Of a stretch of 64,000 bases of DNA, positions 47,457 through 60,200 are shown one piece after another; positions within the stretch are counted from its first letter, which is position 1, and each line of letters starts with the position of its first letter. The stretch spans positions 62,001 to 126,000 of the forward strand of contig BCGN01000006.1 in assembly GCA_001599295.1 (NCBI GenBank), given 5' to 3'. The notes under the pieces are model-generated. The model saw only the letters and a program-made list of their open reading frames with translations. It made no database searches and was not told the DNA's origin. The position numbers and the translations under genes are program-made. This DNA is from Sporopachydermia quercuum (Eukaryota).

Positions 47457-48842
47457 TCAGTTTTGATAACCATTCGAGTGATTATTTCGCCTCTGTTGAT
47501 AGTTACCTCTATAACCTCTGTTTTGAAATCTATTATTATCATTGAAGCTTTGTTTGAACGGAGCTTCACTATCGTCTTGTTTCATATCAGCGATTGGAAA
47601 TGGTCGGGGAACAGCAGCTGAATTTTCAGCAACATACAAAGATTTGTCTATGACTGCAGGAATAGCAGAGATTTCAGTGCCAAGTTCTTGTTCGATTTTA
47701 TAAAGATTGAAACGATCATTCCAATTGATGAGATTTATTGCCAACCCCAAATGACCAAATCTTCCTGATCTACCAATTCTATGAAGGTAAGTTTCCGCAT
47801 TCTTGGGGAAATCAAAGTTAATAACAACATTGACCGCCTGAATATCAATACCTCTTGTCAACAAATCAGAACACACTAAATGACGAACTTTCCCCGATCT
47901 AAATTCATGGAAGACTTTGTTACGAGCTTGTTGAGGCATTCTAGCATGAGAATAAAAACATGAATAACCTAGTTCAGTGATTTTTTTAGCTAATAATTCA
48001 ACACGAGAAGTTGAATTACAAAAGATAATAGATTGATTAACTTGAAGCTTTGAGAAAAGAGTGTTGAGACAGTGTAATTTTTGTTTTTCTTCAACGAAAG
48101 CATAATATTGAGTAATACCACGTAAAGTTAATTCATCCATAAGATTGATCTCATAAGGTGATTTCAAATGGTTATCCATAAATGATTTTACAGCCAATGG
48201 GAAAGTAGCAGAAAATAATAATGATTGGTGTTCTTGAGGGAAGAAATCCAGGATCTTCTCAATGACAGGAATAAATTCCCTTGCTAATAACTTATCTGCT
48301 TCGTCCATAATAAACATTGGACATTCACTTAAATCAGCAACACCTCTTGATGCTAAATCATGAACTCTACCAGGAGTAGCGACTAAAACATGAACAGTTT
48401 CGTGTAATCGTAAAATATCATCACGAAGATTGGTACCACCAGTAGAAACCATTACATTGATACCTAAATGTTTACCTAANGTACGGCACACTTGCGATGT
48501 CTGTAATGCTAATTCTCTTGTGGGGACTAAAATCAAAACTTGGATTTTGTTGAGTTTCGGTTTTATCTTTTCTAAGGCGGGGATAACAAATGCTGCTGTT
48601 TTACCAGTACCATTTTTTGCTCTGGCAAGAATATCTCTACCCGCTAGAGCAACGGGAATAGCTTCCTCTTGGATAGGCGATGGTTTTTCAAATCCGGCTT
48701 CAAAAATTCCCATCAGCAGTTCTCTCTTAAGATAAAAATCTTCGAATCCATTACCTTTTGTTGCCGTCACATCTTCGGTTTGAGGTCTTAGATCTTTAGC
48801 TGGTAGTTGTAGACTGTTTTTCCAGTTCTCACTTTCTGACAT
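47457..48842 (-). CDS. DHH1: DEAD-box RNA helicase DDX6 (decapping activator)
   Basis: [77 protein letters not shown], and an N/Q-rich tail. Confidence 0.98.
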   Translation of the reverse strand: MSESENWKNSLQLPAKDLRPQTEDVTATKGNGFEDFYLKRELLMGIFEAGFEKPSPIQEEAIPVALAGRDILARAKNGTGKTAAFVIPALEKIKPKLNKIQVLILVPTRELALQTSQVCRXLGKHLGINVMVSTGGTNLRDDILRLHETVHVLVATPGRVHDLASRGVADLSECPMFIMDEADKLLAREFIPVIEKILDFFPQEHQSLLFSATFPLAVKSFMDNHLKSPYEINLMDELTLRGITQYYAFVEEKQKLHCLNTLFSKLQVNQSIIFCNSTSRVELLAKKITELGYSCFYSHARMPQQARNKVFHEFRSGKVRHLVCSDLLTRGIDIQAVNVVINFDFPKNAETYLHRIGRSGRFGHLGLAINLINWNDRFNLYKIEQELGTEISAIPAVIDKSLYVAENSAAVPRPFPIADMKQDDSEAPFKQSFNDNNRFQNRGYRGNYQQRRNNHSNGYQN

Positions 48843-50866
48843 TGTGAATGATATATTTATAGATACAAATCGAGGACAGAATTAGCAGCTCGGTTTTCCT
48901 AATATGATAGCTGAATACTTTAAGTAAAAATGATTATTGTTGTGGCTTGTAGGGACTGCAAAAAAATGAACTTGACTCCCAGACTTTTCTTTTGTTCAAT
49001 TGAAGTTTTTGTAAGAAGAAAATATAAAATACTTTAAAAAGTTCAATAATACTTTTGAATATTCTCTTATCTTCACTGCTGTAAACAATGCTTGTATACT
49101 AATTGGGTTAAAATATAGTCTTATTTTGAAGATATTATTGTTCGTATAAGCAAATATCTTCTGTTGATTTTATTTCATCCACTTGTTGGACTGAGAATGT
49201 AAAAGACACTTATCAATNACTTGCTTCCAGTATATCTATGATATACACAGCACAATAACAAATAAAGGATGTTACAATTTGTTCTTTTGTTTGTTCTTCT
49301 AGTGATTAGCTGTTTAAATTTGAATGAACAATCTGTATCTTAAGCATAAAAAAAAAGCTTAGGATTATAATCAAGTTTCTCTAGACTTTCTTTTAAACTT
49401 GATGAATGGTTGAGGTATTTATATTATGAATAAGTTGTTCATACAATTTGATAAAACTAATAGAAGTAATACGGTGTGAAGTACATTAGATATTCAAATG
49501 ATGGCCAACTGATAGTTAAAAACTGAGAAAAAAATGTCAAGAACGGGGTTGTTCCCTGTTTGTGGTCAGTTTTGTTAGTTGGGGTACAAATTGATTACAG
49601 CTTTAGGAACAAACTTTTCTGTTTGTGGAAACTTTTGCGTGGCTTTTTGTGTGAGTAGTAGGTTCGAAAGATGATGGGGTGTATTTACTTAGTGACCAGA
49701 ACACCTGAAAATGGATGAAAAATTGTGAGTTCAGACCCATTTGGAACCTATTTATAGCACCACCAGTAACTATTTCTTGGAGGAGTTACATGGGACTGAG
49801 GGTTTTGATGAGGAGCATTGCGGTTGCAATGCACTACAGAATTCAGCATGGAGCAAGTTACCTGCTTAATTCTGAGAAAATAAAGAAATATGAGTAGTAA
49901 AAATTCCTATTGTTCAGTTGAATAATATAGAAAGCAATAAAAATTAGAATAAAAAATGAAAATAGAGATAATTCGTCTCGAAATTGATTGTCATTGTTTC
50001 TCTTCCTCTGAAATGATAATCTCAACTAACTATTCTAAGTTCCTGTTTCAGAGAAGTTTAAACAAGACATCCCGTTTAAGATCACATGGTCTTAAACAGA
50101 TTTTCCAGTGCCAAATAAACTCCAGTAAGTGATCCTGTATCAGATTCCTTCTTGCAAGCTGAAAATTCCGTTCTTTGCGTCCGTTTCCATGTAACTGTAA
50201 TGATTAAATCCATTCTCACTCATATTGTCTTGTCCCTCATTCCCAAGTTTCTTATTCAGTGAGCAATTCATATCAAATGTAAAAGAATCGTAATNGCGCT
50301 CTCCGTGTATTCGGTTTATTTTATTTACAATACTGGGGAAGATAGTTGTTTTCCTAGCTCATATGTTCATTATTGCATATAGAAACGCGCGCGAAGGAAT
50401 AACTAGCATACGCCCCATTACTTTGACTGTTTGTGTTGATCGATTAATAGTGAAGTGCCAGCTGAATTGTTATAGAAAGCAATCAAATAAACATATCTAA
50501 GCTAAGAAATTGTAGCTATCACGGCTGCATTATTATAAAAATAACTGGTTTAATGAAGTAACTGGCTGCTATTGATTGACTTGGTTATTTTGGATCCTAC
50601 TGTTATATGGAATGAATGACTGACTGAACATCGATAATCATATTGAATATACTTTCGTTCATTATACTTTGATTGACTACAGTACGCTAACGTTTTTAAC
50701 CAGTATAAGTCTTCACCAATCTGTAATCGTCATATGATTGTATTTTTAAACGCATCAAATAGTCAAGTAAAAAGTACCTAGCACCGACCAATCATTGAAG
50801 TACATTCTCACCTAGTCAAATCGGTTTACGATCAACATCTTGTAATACACATTCACTCTTCTCACA

Positions 50867-52363
50867 ATGGATTCGCATAGATCATCAAGAGCACCAACAA
50901 TTACTTCCTCATCGGCCTCTTATTCTAAACAGCGGCAGGCTTCTCTGAAGAAAGCTGCTGTTGACCGTCCCCTACCTCCCTTACCTCCAACTGCCAGTGC
51001 AAATTCTACTAGATCATCGCCTTCTGCTGATCTTTCTTCTAGTAGGAGCTCAGCATTACCTCCAACATCCAACCAATTCAACCAATCTCAAAAACACACA
51101 TCCAGCAGATTATCTCAACTACCACAAGATTTCAGTTTTACCAATACGGCACCTTCATCGTTAAGGCCTGACATCAAAGCCAGTTCTGCTCCGCCCTCGG
51201 GACATATGCTACCTCCAGCAAGGTCGTTGCGCCGTAAGAATGTCCCCCCACCATTATATTCTGCACGACCTACGACAAAGGCCCCTGCCACAGCTTCTGC
51301 AAAAGAGGGTTCTGANACAAGCTCTAAAGGTGGACCAAAGACCCTTATAGCTGACATGACAGCCCTAGAATTGGGTGTTGAGTTTCAATTAGATATTAGG
51401 TCAGAAGATTTGCTTCAATTGAAATCCCTAGGCTCTGGTAATGGTGGAACAGTTTCTCAAGTAATGCATGTACCTACGCAAAAACTTATGGCAAAAAAGA
51501 CTATTCATATTGAAAAGAAACCCGAAGTTCGGAAACAGATTATGCGTGAGCTACAGATTATGCATGATTGCTGTGATAATAATTTCATTGTTGATTTTTA
51601 TGGTGCGTTATGTATGGAAGGGCATGTAATCATTTGTATGGAGTATATGGACTGTGGCTCATTGGATGGAATAATCAAAGCTACAGGAAAGATTCCCGAA
51701 CGCATAATAACTCAAATATCGATATCAGTACTCCGGGGTCTGAAATACCTGTACAATGAACATAGGATTATTCATCGGGATGTGAAACCATCGAACGTTC
51801 TAGTAAATTCCCGAGGTGAATTCAAATTAAGTGATTTCGGAGTTTCACGAGAACTAATAAATTCAATTGCCGATACTTTTGTCGGAACTTCCACTTACAT
51901 GTCACCAGAGAGAATTCAAGGTGCTGCATATACAGTGAAGTCAGATGTATGGTCATTTGGTATAATGTTAATAGAGCTAGCAATTGGCTGTTTTCCGTTT
52001 CTACGTTATAACGGAGACAATGCTATTCCTGGTACTAATGCTAATTCGACTGTGCCACAATCAAGAAGAAAGAAAACTGCAGAGCAAATACCTACTGAAC
52101 CTCAGTCAGTCAACTCTTTATCCTTTCAAGGTCCAGAAGGTATTCTTGACCTTCTACAGCGTATTGTTAATGAACCACCACCAAGAATACCCGATTCATC
52201 TGAATTCAGTGATAGCTTTCGCGATTTTGTTGCTACTTGTCTGCGTAAGGAGGAAGAACGACCAACTCCACAAGATTTACTCAGTCATGAGTTTATACTG
52301 AAAGGAATCGCGAGACCTGCTGATACTGCTGCATGGGCCACGGAGATCAAAAAAATGTTATAA
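50867..52363 (+). CDS. STE7: MAP kinase kinase (pheromone/filamentation pathway)
   Basis: LGSGNGGTV, KQIMRELQIM, IIHRDVKPSNVL, DFGVSRELINSIADTFVGTSTYMSPERIQG, GILDLLQRIVNEP. Candidate docking motif RSLRRKN...L. Divergent from DHH1. Confidence 0.93.
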   Translation: MDSHRSSRAPTITSSSASYSKQRQASLKKAAVDRPLPPLPPTASANSTRSSPSADLSSSRSSALPPTSNQFNQSQKHTSSRLSQLPQDFSFTNTAPSSLRPDIKASSAPPSGHMLPPARSLRRKNVPPPLYSARPTTKAPATASAKEGSXTSSKGGPKTLIADMTALELGVEFQLDIRSEDLLQLKSLGSGNGGTVSQVMHVPTQKLMAKKTIHIEKKPEVRKQIMRELQIMHDCCDNNFIVDFYGALCMEGHVIICMEYMDCGSLDGIIKATGKIPERIITQISISVLRGLKYLYNEHRIIHRDVKPSNVLVNSRGEFKLSDFGVSRELINSIADTFVGTSTYMSPERIQGAAYTVKSDVWSFGIMLIELAIGCFPFLRYNGDNAIPGTNANSTVPQSRRKKTAEQIPTEPQSVNSLSFQGPEGILDLLQRIVNEPPPRIPDSSEFSDSFRDFVATCLRKEEERPTPQDLLSHEFILKGIARPADTAAWATEIKKML

Positions 52364-52668
52364 TATGTATAAATCATTTAACATAAGCAAAGAGGATGCT
52401 TACCATATGAGAATTACTTAATGCTACTCAATTAAGTGTATCTAATGACGAATAACCATTGAACTTAAGCCTTTTCATTTTACTCTCTAAGCAGGAATCC
52501 ATGATTTNTGATTACGTAAGTGTAAATGTAAAATCAAATCAAATCTATAACACGTCATGGAAATAAACGTTACTGTCTTACAACCCATAAATCTGCAAAA
52601 CGACGTCTCTAATTGTATTCTAATCTATATTGTGAAAATCATTATACAAAATTCAACTGTTCTCTATA

Positions 52669-54816
52669 TTATCTCACATATTCACAAGGTAGTCTACCTG
52701 TTCTTCCATCGGTTGTTTGACACCACCACCAGGTTTCCGGTATCTCCTCTGGTATCTTTTCCGATTTATTATCTCCGTTAGCATTTCCGTTTTCTGCCCC
52801 AGATTCGGTTATAGTCTCCGAAGTCTCGGGAGCCTCAGCTTCATACAAAAGTGTACTAGGAGCAGTTTTACTCAAAACAGTAATTTTTTCCCCTGCAGAA
52901 ACTGTTAAATCTCCAGGTAAAACACCAATAAAATCATTGGAGACTTCTCTAGATTCAGGCAGTTCTTTTTGTGAAATTTGTCCTTCTCTGACAGCTTCTA
53001 GTTCTGCCAAGATATCGACAGGTTCACTATAGAGCTCAATGATATTAGCACTATAGGACATATAAGTCTTAGTCAGATCAGTCATAGTATCATTAGAATG
53101 TAAGACTCTATATTCTGATTCCACCTCGGAAGAGACAGGTGCCAGTCCATTCGTAGCTTCTGAAGCATTAATAAATCCAAAAGACGAAGAAGGCGCATCG
53201 ATCATAGTAGACAATACATTATCTGAGGTATTATATTCTTGTGCCTTACCTAAAGGATTTGATATAGAAATCTTGCGGAACCGAGAAGTAAGATTGGACG
53301 AATTGTAAGACTCAACAACATGGAAATGAGATGACGTTCTAGATGTCGGTGACGACGCTTCCGGTAATGCACGGCCATCAAAATGTGCCGATAGTTGGGG
53401 GTTAGAGATGATAGCAAATGGGTCAGCGGCTTGAACAAATATACCTTCCTCAGCATTATAAGGCTTCACAGGATTATTTAAAACAAGTTTCATATTCTTT
53501 AACGTGACTTTGGCTTTCCTAGGTCGTATTGTCTTCTTCCAAAGGGTCGCAGTTGTAGTAGCTGTATTCTTTAGGCCGGTAGTAACACCGGATTTGACAC
53601 CTTTAGTTGTAGGTTTGATTTTCTCTTTGAGTGACTTCGAAACACCTTCGTAGTTTTCATCTTGTTTCTTATAATGGTCAAAAGAAGTAAGTGGCTGATG
53701 AACAGTTTTCCCAATCTGGATATCTGNCAAAGCCTCAATTCGTGGCATAACCTCAGCAAACTTATCAGCCCATTCATCATAGATAACATCACAATATTCG
53801 GTAGTATCAGCGGAGAGACCATATTGCTTTGCAAATTCTATATATTTTTCCATTATTCGCTGATATAGCTCACATTGAGTAAATAGCATAAATGTGCCCA
53901 TTTTATTGAGAAATTCAGAAATAAAGGCTAATGCTATGGGGACGAACTTTTTTATTTTTTCATCGTGATGTAAAAACACTTGGGTAGCTTCCTCAAGTTT
54001 GACTTCGAGTTCCTTCAACTGCTTCAAGTCTTTCTCGGTAACAGGTTGTGAATCTATTGCCTCTGGTGGTTCATATGTTTGCATACCCATTGAATGACCT
54101 GTTGAACTGTGGCCCACGCCAGAAATGTTGTCAGCACTTTTTCCTCTGTTTTCAATCTTTTTAGTTAATTTGTCCAAGCTATTAGTATATCTGTCATAGT
54201 CAACTTTTTTTCTGTCGCGTTTGTCTAGAGCTTCAGTGACTTGTTTGATATATTCATTCATTTCCTTAAACTTGGAGATGCTGTGTTTAGCAAAGAGATC
54301 CACACTAGGAAGAATTTCTGACTTGATACCATCAACAAGATCTTTGTAATCTTCTATTTGAGAGGCACTAGCACTTGGAGTCTCTGCTTCTATGAAAACA
54401 GAAACTTCAGCTAAACCGAACTCATCGATCTCACCAGAGCTTTTCTCTGCNGTAGGAGAGGAAACAGAACTTTGACGACGTTTTTCTATTTGATGTTGAA
54501 GAGGAGAGCTAGCTTTGTGTATCAAATTGTTCACTTTCTCTGCTTTAGGACCTTTCTGTTCATTTTGAGCCACAGCTTCTTCATTGATACTAGCATATAG
54601 CTTGTGAAATAATTCCGACAGTTCATCTTGGTGGTTAATCATTTGTTTCCATCCCTTGCTATAGTCTTCCATCTTTTCAATAAGATAAAGCATTCCTGCT
54701 GATGAAACTCGAAAATCATTGTGCCATTGTTTGATTATCTCATCATCAGCAGATTTATGCCCGGCGACTCTTTGAGGCAACCGTTCAAATACTTTTTTCG
54801 CACCTCGGAATGACAT
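52669..54816 (-). CDS. N-BAR + SH3 protein, divergent Rvs167/amphiphysin paralogue
   Basis: MSFRGAKKVFERLPQ amphipathic N-helix, KRDRKKVDYDRY BAR signature, C-terminal SH3 (F.G..PGDLTVSAGEKITVL ... WWW....GRTGRLP..YV). Confidence 0.8.
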   Translation of the reverse strand: MSFRGAKKVFERLPQRVAGHKSADDEIIKQWHNDFRVSSAGMLYLIEKMEDYSKGWKQMINHQDELSELFHKLYASINEEAVAQNEQKGPKAEKVNNLIHKASSPLQHQIEKRRQSSVSSPXAEKSSGEIDEFGLAEVSVFIEAETPSASASQIEDYKDLVDGIKSEILPSVDLFAKHSISKFKEMNEYIKQVTEALDKRDRKKVDYDRYTNSLDKLTKKIENRGKSADNISGVGHSSTGHSMGMQTYEPPEAIDSQPVTEKDLKQLKELEVKLEEATQVFLHHDEKIKKFVPIALAFISEFLNKMGTFMLFTQCELYQRIMEKYIEFAKQYGLSADTTEYCDVIYDEWADKFAEVMPRIEALXDIQIGKTVHQPLTSFDHYKKQDENYEGVSKSLKEKIKPTTKGVKSGVTTGLKNTATTTATLWKKTIRPRKAKVTLKNMKLVLNNPVKPYNAEEGIFVQAADPFAIISNPQLSAHFDGRALPEASSPTSRTSSHFHVVESYNSSNLTSRFRKISISNPLGKAQEYNTSDNVLSTMIDAPSSSFGFINASEATNGLAPVSSEVESEYRVLHSNDTMTDLTKTYMSYSANIIELYSEPVDILAELEAVREGQISQKELPESREVSNDFIGVLPGDLTVSAGEKITVLSKTAPSTLLYEAEAPETSETITESGAENGNANGDNKSEKIPEEIPETWWWCQTTDGRTGRLPCEYVR

Positions 54817-55815
54817 TGCGCTTCAATGTGTTTCCACAATGCAAACAGTATGGTACGTGATGAATGTGAATACTGAAAACTCACTGTCAGTCTTTTCGGT
54901 TTGATGATATACAAAACTGCGTTCCAATTGTTATAGCTACAACTTGAAGAATTTCTGACTTCTTTTCAGTCTTAACTTGTTGATCGAATGATGAAATTCA
55001 ATTGCTGGTAATCCATCAATAATACACACAAGGAATTGGGGAATTTATATCTGATTGGAACTAACCTTGTGGTGTCCCATGCAGAGGGGGCGTGGGGAGA
55101 TTATAACTCTCAAGGAGGAAGTGGAGAATGTTAAAAACGGAGATGGTGTGGAGAATTTCGAGAGATATCAGGAGTAATCAGGTTGCTGTTTGTTAATTCA
55201 AAGTTTAGAGAGTAAAGATTATATAAAATTTTGCGATTGTGATATCAGAAGGTCATCTTAAACTTATATATTTGTTTTACTTTTTACTCGTTGAGCTAAG
55301 CAATAGAAATCGTCTATAAAGAACACCCTGAAAGTATATGGGATCTCTCAGTAGGCAGGAAGTATTCGGGAAATGATATCGGAACTCGTCCATTCCTTCC
55401 TCTGTTCTATGGACATATAATTAGCTTTCCAATTATGATGTGTTCTCACTGTTCCGTTTTCATTGAATATTTCAAAGTTGCGACTAGAATAGAACTCCCT
55501 CAAATAACAGAATTGAAACCTCCTTAAAATCCATTTGATGAAGATGTCTATGAGATGACAGTAGACCAAAAAACTCAAATTCATACGCTTTCTACCTAAT
55601 GAATATCGGAAATAGTGTCAATTGGTATTTTCTCCACTTTCTCCTTTGGAGTTATACTCGAGCATATGAAAATGAATTGTTGGCATTTTATCCGATGTTT
55701 CCGGCTCCCATTGACATATTGATACAGCATATCTTTCGACTATGTTGCAACTATTTTGATTGTAGCATAAATTTACATAACATTTGTCAAACAGCNGCGC
55801 ATCAAATAGTGAACG

Positions 55816-56522
55816 ATGAGAATCCGAAAGTCTTTTACTATCGGTAAGTCAATTTGTATAGCGAGGTAACTGACACAAAGAAAAGAAAATATCAATGTCA
55901 TCAAGTTGAAACTCATCACGGTTCATCCGAAAATACGAGAAAACACAATTAAATCTACTTTTGAGACGATTTGCTAACAAAGACGAATGTTTGTTTTACT
56001 AATGTAGGATTTTTGCTACTCGTTCTGGGAGCAGCATATCTTGGCTTTGCGAAAATCGATGTGAGGTTTGATAAGGTTATACATTTGTTTGTATTCTTTA
56101 TTCTCACCTTTACTTTCTACTGGATTATCGACAGCTCATCACTACGACAGCTAAGATATATAACATTGATCTCTTGTACCTTGATTGGAGGCATAGGCTC
56201 GGAAATCGTTCAGTGTTTTGTGCCTTATAGGACGTTTGATCCTAAAGATATACTATGTAACCTTACTGGAAGTGTGTTAGCTTTAGCATTATGCCAATGG
56301 TACCACCGACGACTGATACAACGGAAAAGGCATACAAGATACACACTTCTGAATAGCACCGCAACGGAAGCCGTTCTAGGAAACACAGCATCTGAGAATC
56401 AGACNGTTGAACTGGCCAATTTGGATCTAGAAACAGGACCTTCAAATCTCTTAACCAGTGAACCAAGCCTTCCTAAACAAGACTCCAAGGAAATCTCTAT
56501 ACCATCAACGACCAGAATTTAG
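55816..56522 (+). CDS. VanZ-like membrane protein (YJR112W-A-like), two exons, 180 aa
   Basis: Exon 1 55816-55843 (MRIRKSFTI). Intron 55844-56007 (GTAAGT..TAG). Exon 2 GFLLLVLGAAYLGF...DKVIHLFVFFILT..FYW...GIGSEIVQ...RTFDPKDILCNLTGS. Confidence 0.85.
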
Positions 56523-57208
56523 AGCCATATCGTATACTTATATCTAAACTGCATAACTTGTACGATACAGTTATGAAACCTTGCTATTAGCGTTGTCAAC
56601 GATATTTCTCATATCAATTCAACTCACTAAATAGTAATATGCTTGAATACGCGAGAATATTTTATTACATGTACATAATATTTCCCCAGAATCCTAGTGC
56701 TGCATTATCCAACATCTTTTCCGCTTTCTGTGNTATATTATCTCATCCGGTGAATGGGTTTTGACTTTTATAATCTCCGTTTCCTTCTCCCATATCCTTT
56801 GCAGTAATACCTAACAAACCCCTGCCAATAATGCCGATGGTTCCTACCATACTCACTACCCTCAATTGCCTACACCTTATCCTATCAGTCAAACATCTAT
56901 ATATAGCTGATTTGCAATAAAAATCTCAATCAATAGCTTTTCGTTGTCAAACTCATTGATTGTGTCTCCTACTTTTGTACAATTACTGATACTGCTATTT
57001 GATTTTGTATCCACAATTAATTGACCACATAACACAAAAGTGATCGATTCTGTGCAACTTGTTTAGTAGCGCAATTAGCAGGCGTAATCCTCTTCTTATC
57101 GTCTTGCTGTTTGCGGTTTTTTGTTGTTTATATCAGTTGTTATTGCTTTTCAACTGAATTCCCTACAATTATTGATCAACAATCAGTAGTTATATTGTCT
57201 TATCAATC

Positions 57209-60200
57209 ATGGACAATATACCTCAAGGTATGTGTTTTGCAGAATATAGCTTTATTACAATTTTGATTCAGATAGCGGACCATTATTGAATGAACGCAGT
57301 ACTAACTGCTGATTAATTGTTTCTTTATGTTCAGTTGACATAACAAAAAATCTTTCAACGGAAGAAAAACAGTTTTTTGGTCAAGTTTATCACTCATTAG
57401 ATAAGTCTAGTCGAGGAATCATCACAGGCGATGTTGCAAGAGATTTATTTTTGAAATCTGGTCTCGACAGCGATGTGCTCGCTAGTATTTGGCAATGTGC
57501 AGATTCTTCATCACAAGGATTTTTAACCCAATATGGATTGTGTGTTGCCTTGAGAATGATAGCAAAAGTGCAGCAAGGTATACCATTTAATCCCTCCTTG
57601 GCTGATTATCCCGGCCCCTTGCCTAATTTTTACGGAATCCAAACTCCTGCTAACTATAGAAATGCGAATGCCAATACTACCACTGGAAATAATGCTTATA
57701 GCATCAATACGACAGCAGCTCCAACTACTCAAGCAAACACAGGTGGAGTCACTGGGGTGACAGCTGGACCAGTTCGAATTCCTCCTATATCAACACAAGA
57801 CAAGGCTAATTTTACTCAACTATTCGATAAGGCTGCGCCGAATGGAATTCTTGGAGAACAGAAGGCTCGTCCCATTCTATTGAAATCAAAGCTTTCGGCT
57901 CAAGTTTTAGCTCATATATGGGCATTGTGTGATCCTTTGAATCAGGGTCAAATGGGATTGACTGAATTTATTGTTGCCATGCATTTAGTTCAATGCCTGC
58001 TAAACAGAACCCTCACCCAGCTGCCCATAGCAATTCCCCCAGAAATTGTGGCCCAAGCAAGATCTCAACCTCAAGAACAAGAAGCCGCTAATCCTACCGT
58101 TAATGCTGGCGTTGATTTTGTTGTTGATGCTCAATTTAAGGCTCAAAGCGATAGCATGTTTGATTCTCTAGACACTCAACATGCTGGTTTATTAGATACA
58201 ACCAAATTAGTACCATTTTTGTTGAACTTCAAGCTATCTCAAGAGAATTTGATGGTGATTTGGGAATTGGCGGATTTGAAGAAAAACGGCCAATTTTCTA
58301 AAACTGAATTTGCAATTGCATTGTACTTAGTTCAACTTAAACTATCCGGGAATGAGTTACCTACTTCCTTACCTCCGTCATTGAAAGCAAGTGCAGAGGG
58401 TTATGCGTCTCAAGTAAGTCAGGCACAGGTGCAACAGATTCAGCAAGTACAACAACAGGCTCCACAACAGCGGGTATTTCAGCAAACCCAGCCTTTTGCA
58501 TCAACAGGATTTTCTCAAGCTGGAATGCCATCTTCAACTGAAAAACCACCTGTTCAAACAGTACCTATTGGACCAACAATAGCGAAACCATCTATTGTCC
58601 CTCAGAGTAGTTTGCAGGAATTATCTTCACTGAACGACTTGTTTGGCTCATCTCCATCGCAATCTACTTCTAAACCAGAAACTATATCAACACCTACTCA
58701 GCCTGTTTCATCCTTTTCGACCCAAGGTATAACTTCACCACCAAGACCAAGCGCACCACCAGGACATCGATTTGTCCCTACCTCAAGTTTTGGCCAATCA
58801 ATTGTGGACAAGAATACTGAAACTACCAAAGCAGCAACAGTACACTCGCCCACGCATGAAATCCCATCTGAACCGGTTCATTTTGTTAAAAGTGAGCAAG
58901 CAACTACTTCTGACTTCTCTCCTGCCCCTGCTCCAGCTCCTGCTGCTGTCCAACCAACAGTGGCTAAACCAAAACCTCCAGCTGTCAACAGAGGCACTAA
59001 GTACGAAGCTTTGAGAAATGTAAATATTGAACATCAAATACCAAGTTCTAGTACTAAACAGCAGGTATCTGCAACTTCTGCCGTCACAGCACCGGCTGTT
59101 CCCTCAACAACTACTTCTGCCGCAACAGCAAGCACTGGTGCCGCTGTGGGGGCTGCAGTTGGAGTAACCTCAGGATTAGCACTTGGAACCGCTTCCGCTA
59201 TTGGTGGGGCTTTTAAATCTGGCACATCTTCTCAGAGCACCACTGATCATGAGATCCAATTACGCTTATCTAATACGACAACTGATTTAGCTAATCTGAC
59301 TATTCAAGCCAAATCACTGACTGATCAGAACCAACAATTGGAATCCAGGAGATTGAAAGCTGAGCAAGAACTTGCTAGGTTCCTTAGTGTCAAACAAGAA
59401 ATAGAGACTAAGTTGATCAAGCTTAGAAGTGTTTATAACGCTGAAGTAGAGAAAGTTCGTCAAAGCGAAATGCAGCTTCAACAATCGATTGAACAGACTG
59501 ATAAATTGCGACAAGAAGCAAGCGTTTTAGAAGCAGAATTCCATGCTAAACAAGCGGAATTTCAAGAGTTATCATCTGCTNTGGAATTAGATCAGAATGA
59601 AAATGCTGCATTGAAGGAAAAACTTACTATTTTGAGTAACGAAAAGGCCAATTTAGAGGCAGCATTAGAAACAGCTACAAAGAATGCTCGTACTACACAT
59701 GCAATGGTTGACGTTACTCAAAGGCAAGTGAATGTTGCTCAAGAAGCTAACGATCAGTTAAGGAAACAACTGAATGATATCAACAATGGCATTAGTACTG
59801 GCACCGTTGCTTCCGCTACTCAGCAGCATCAAGCTTCCACCTCAAATGCACTTAGTATTGATATTGCACCTCCTAGAGCAACTGGTCCTTCAACTGAGGA
59901 TGAGTTCTTTGCCTCATTCTCTGGAATGACTGAAGCACCCGTTGCCGACTCAGGTTACTTCCCCAATGATGAGTTCGAAGATACGTTTAATGAATTATCG
60001 ACTAATGCTGCTACATCTTTAACTCATAATACCAATACCGAAACTCCTAACTCATCACCTCCTACTTCAGATTTTGGTCAGGGATTCTCTGTCGGGCCAT
60101 CAGGAACCAATGTTCCAATGATGACCCATTTCAATTTACCTATTGTCAGGCCTCAATCAGCTACGTCATCAGTGCAGAACAATGCTCCATTGAGTGTTCG

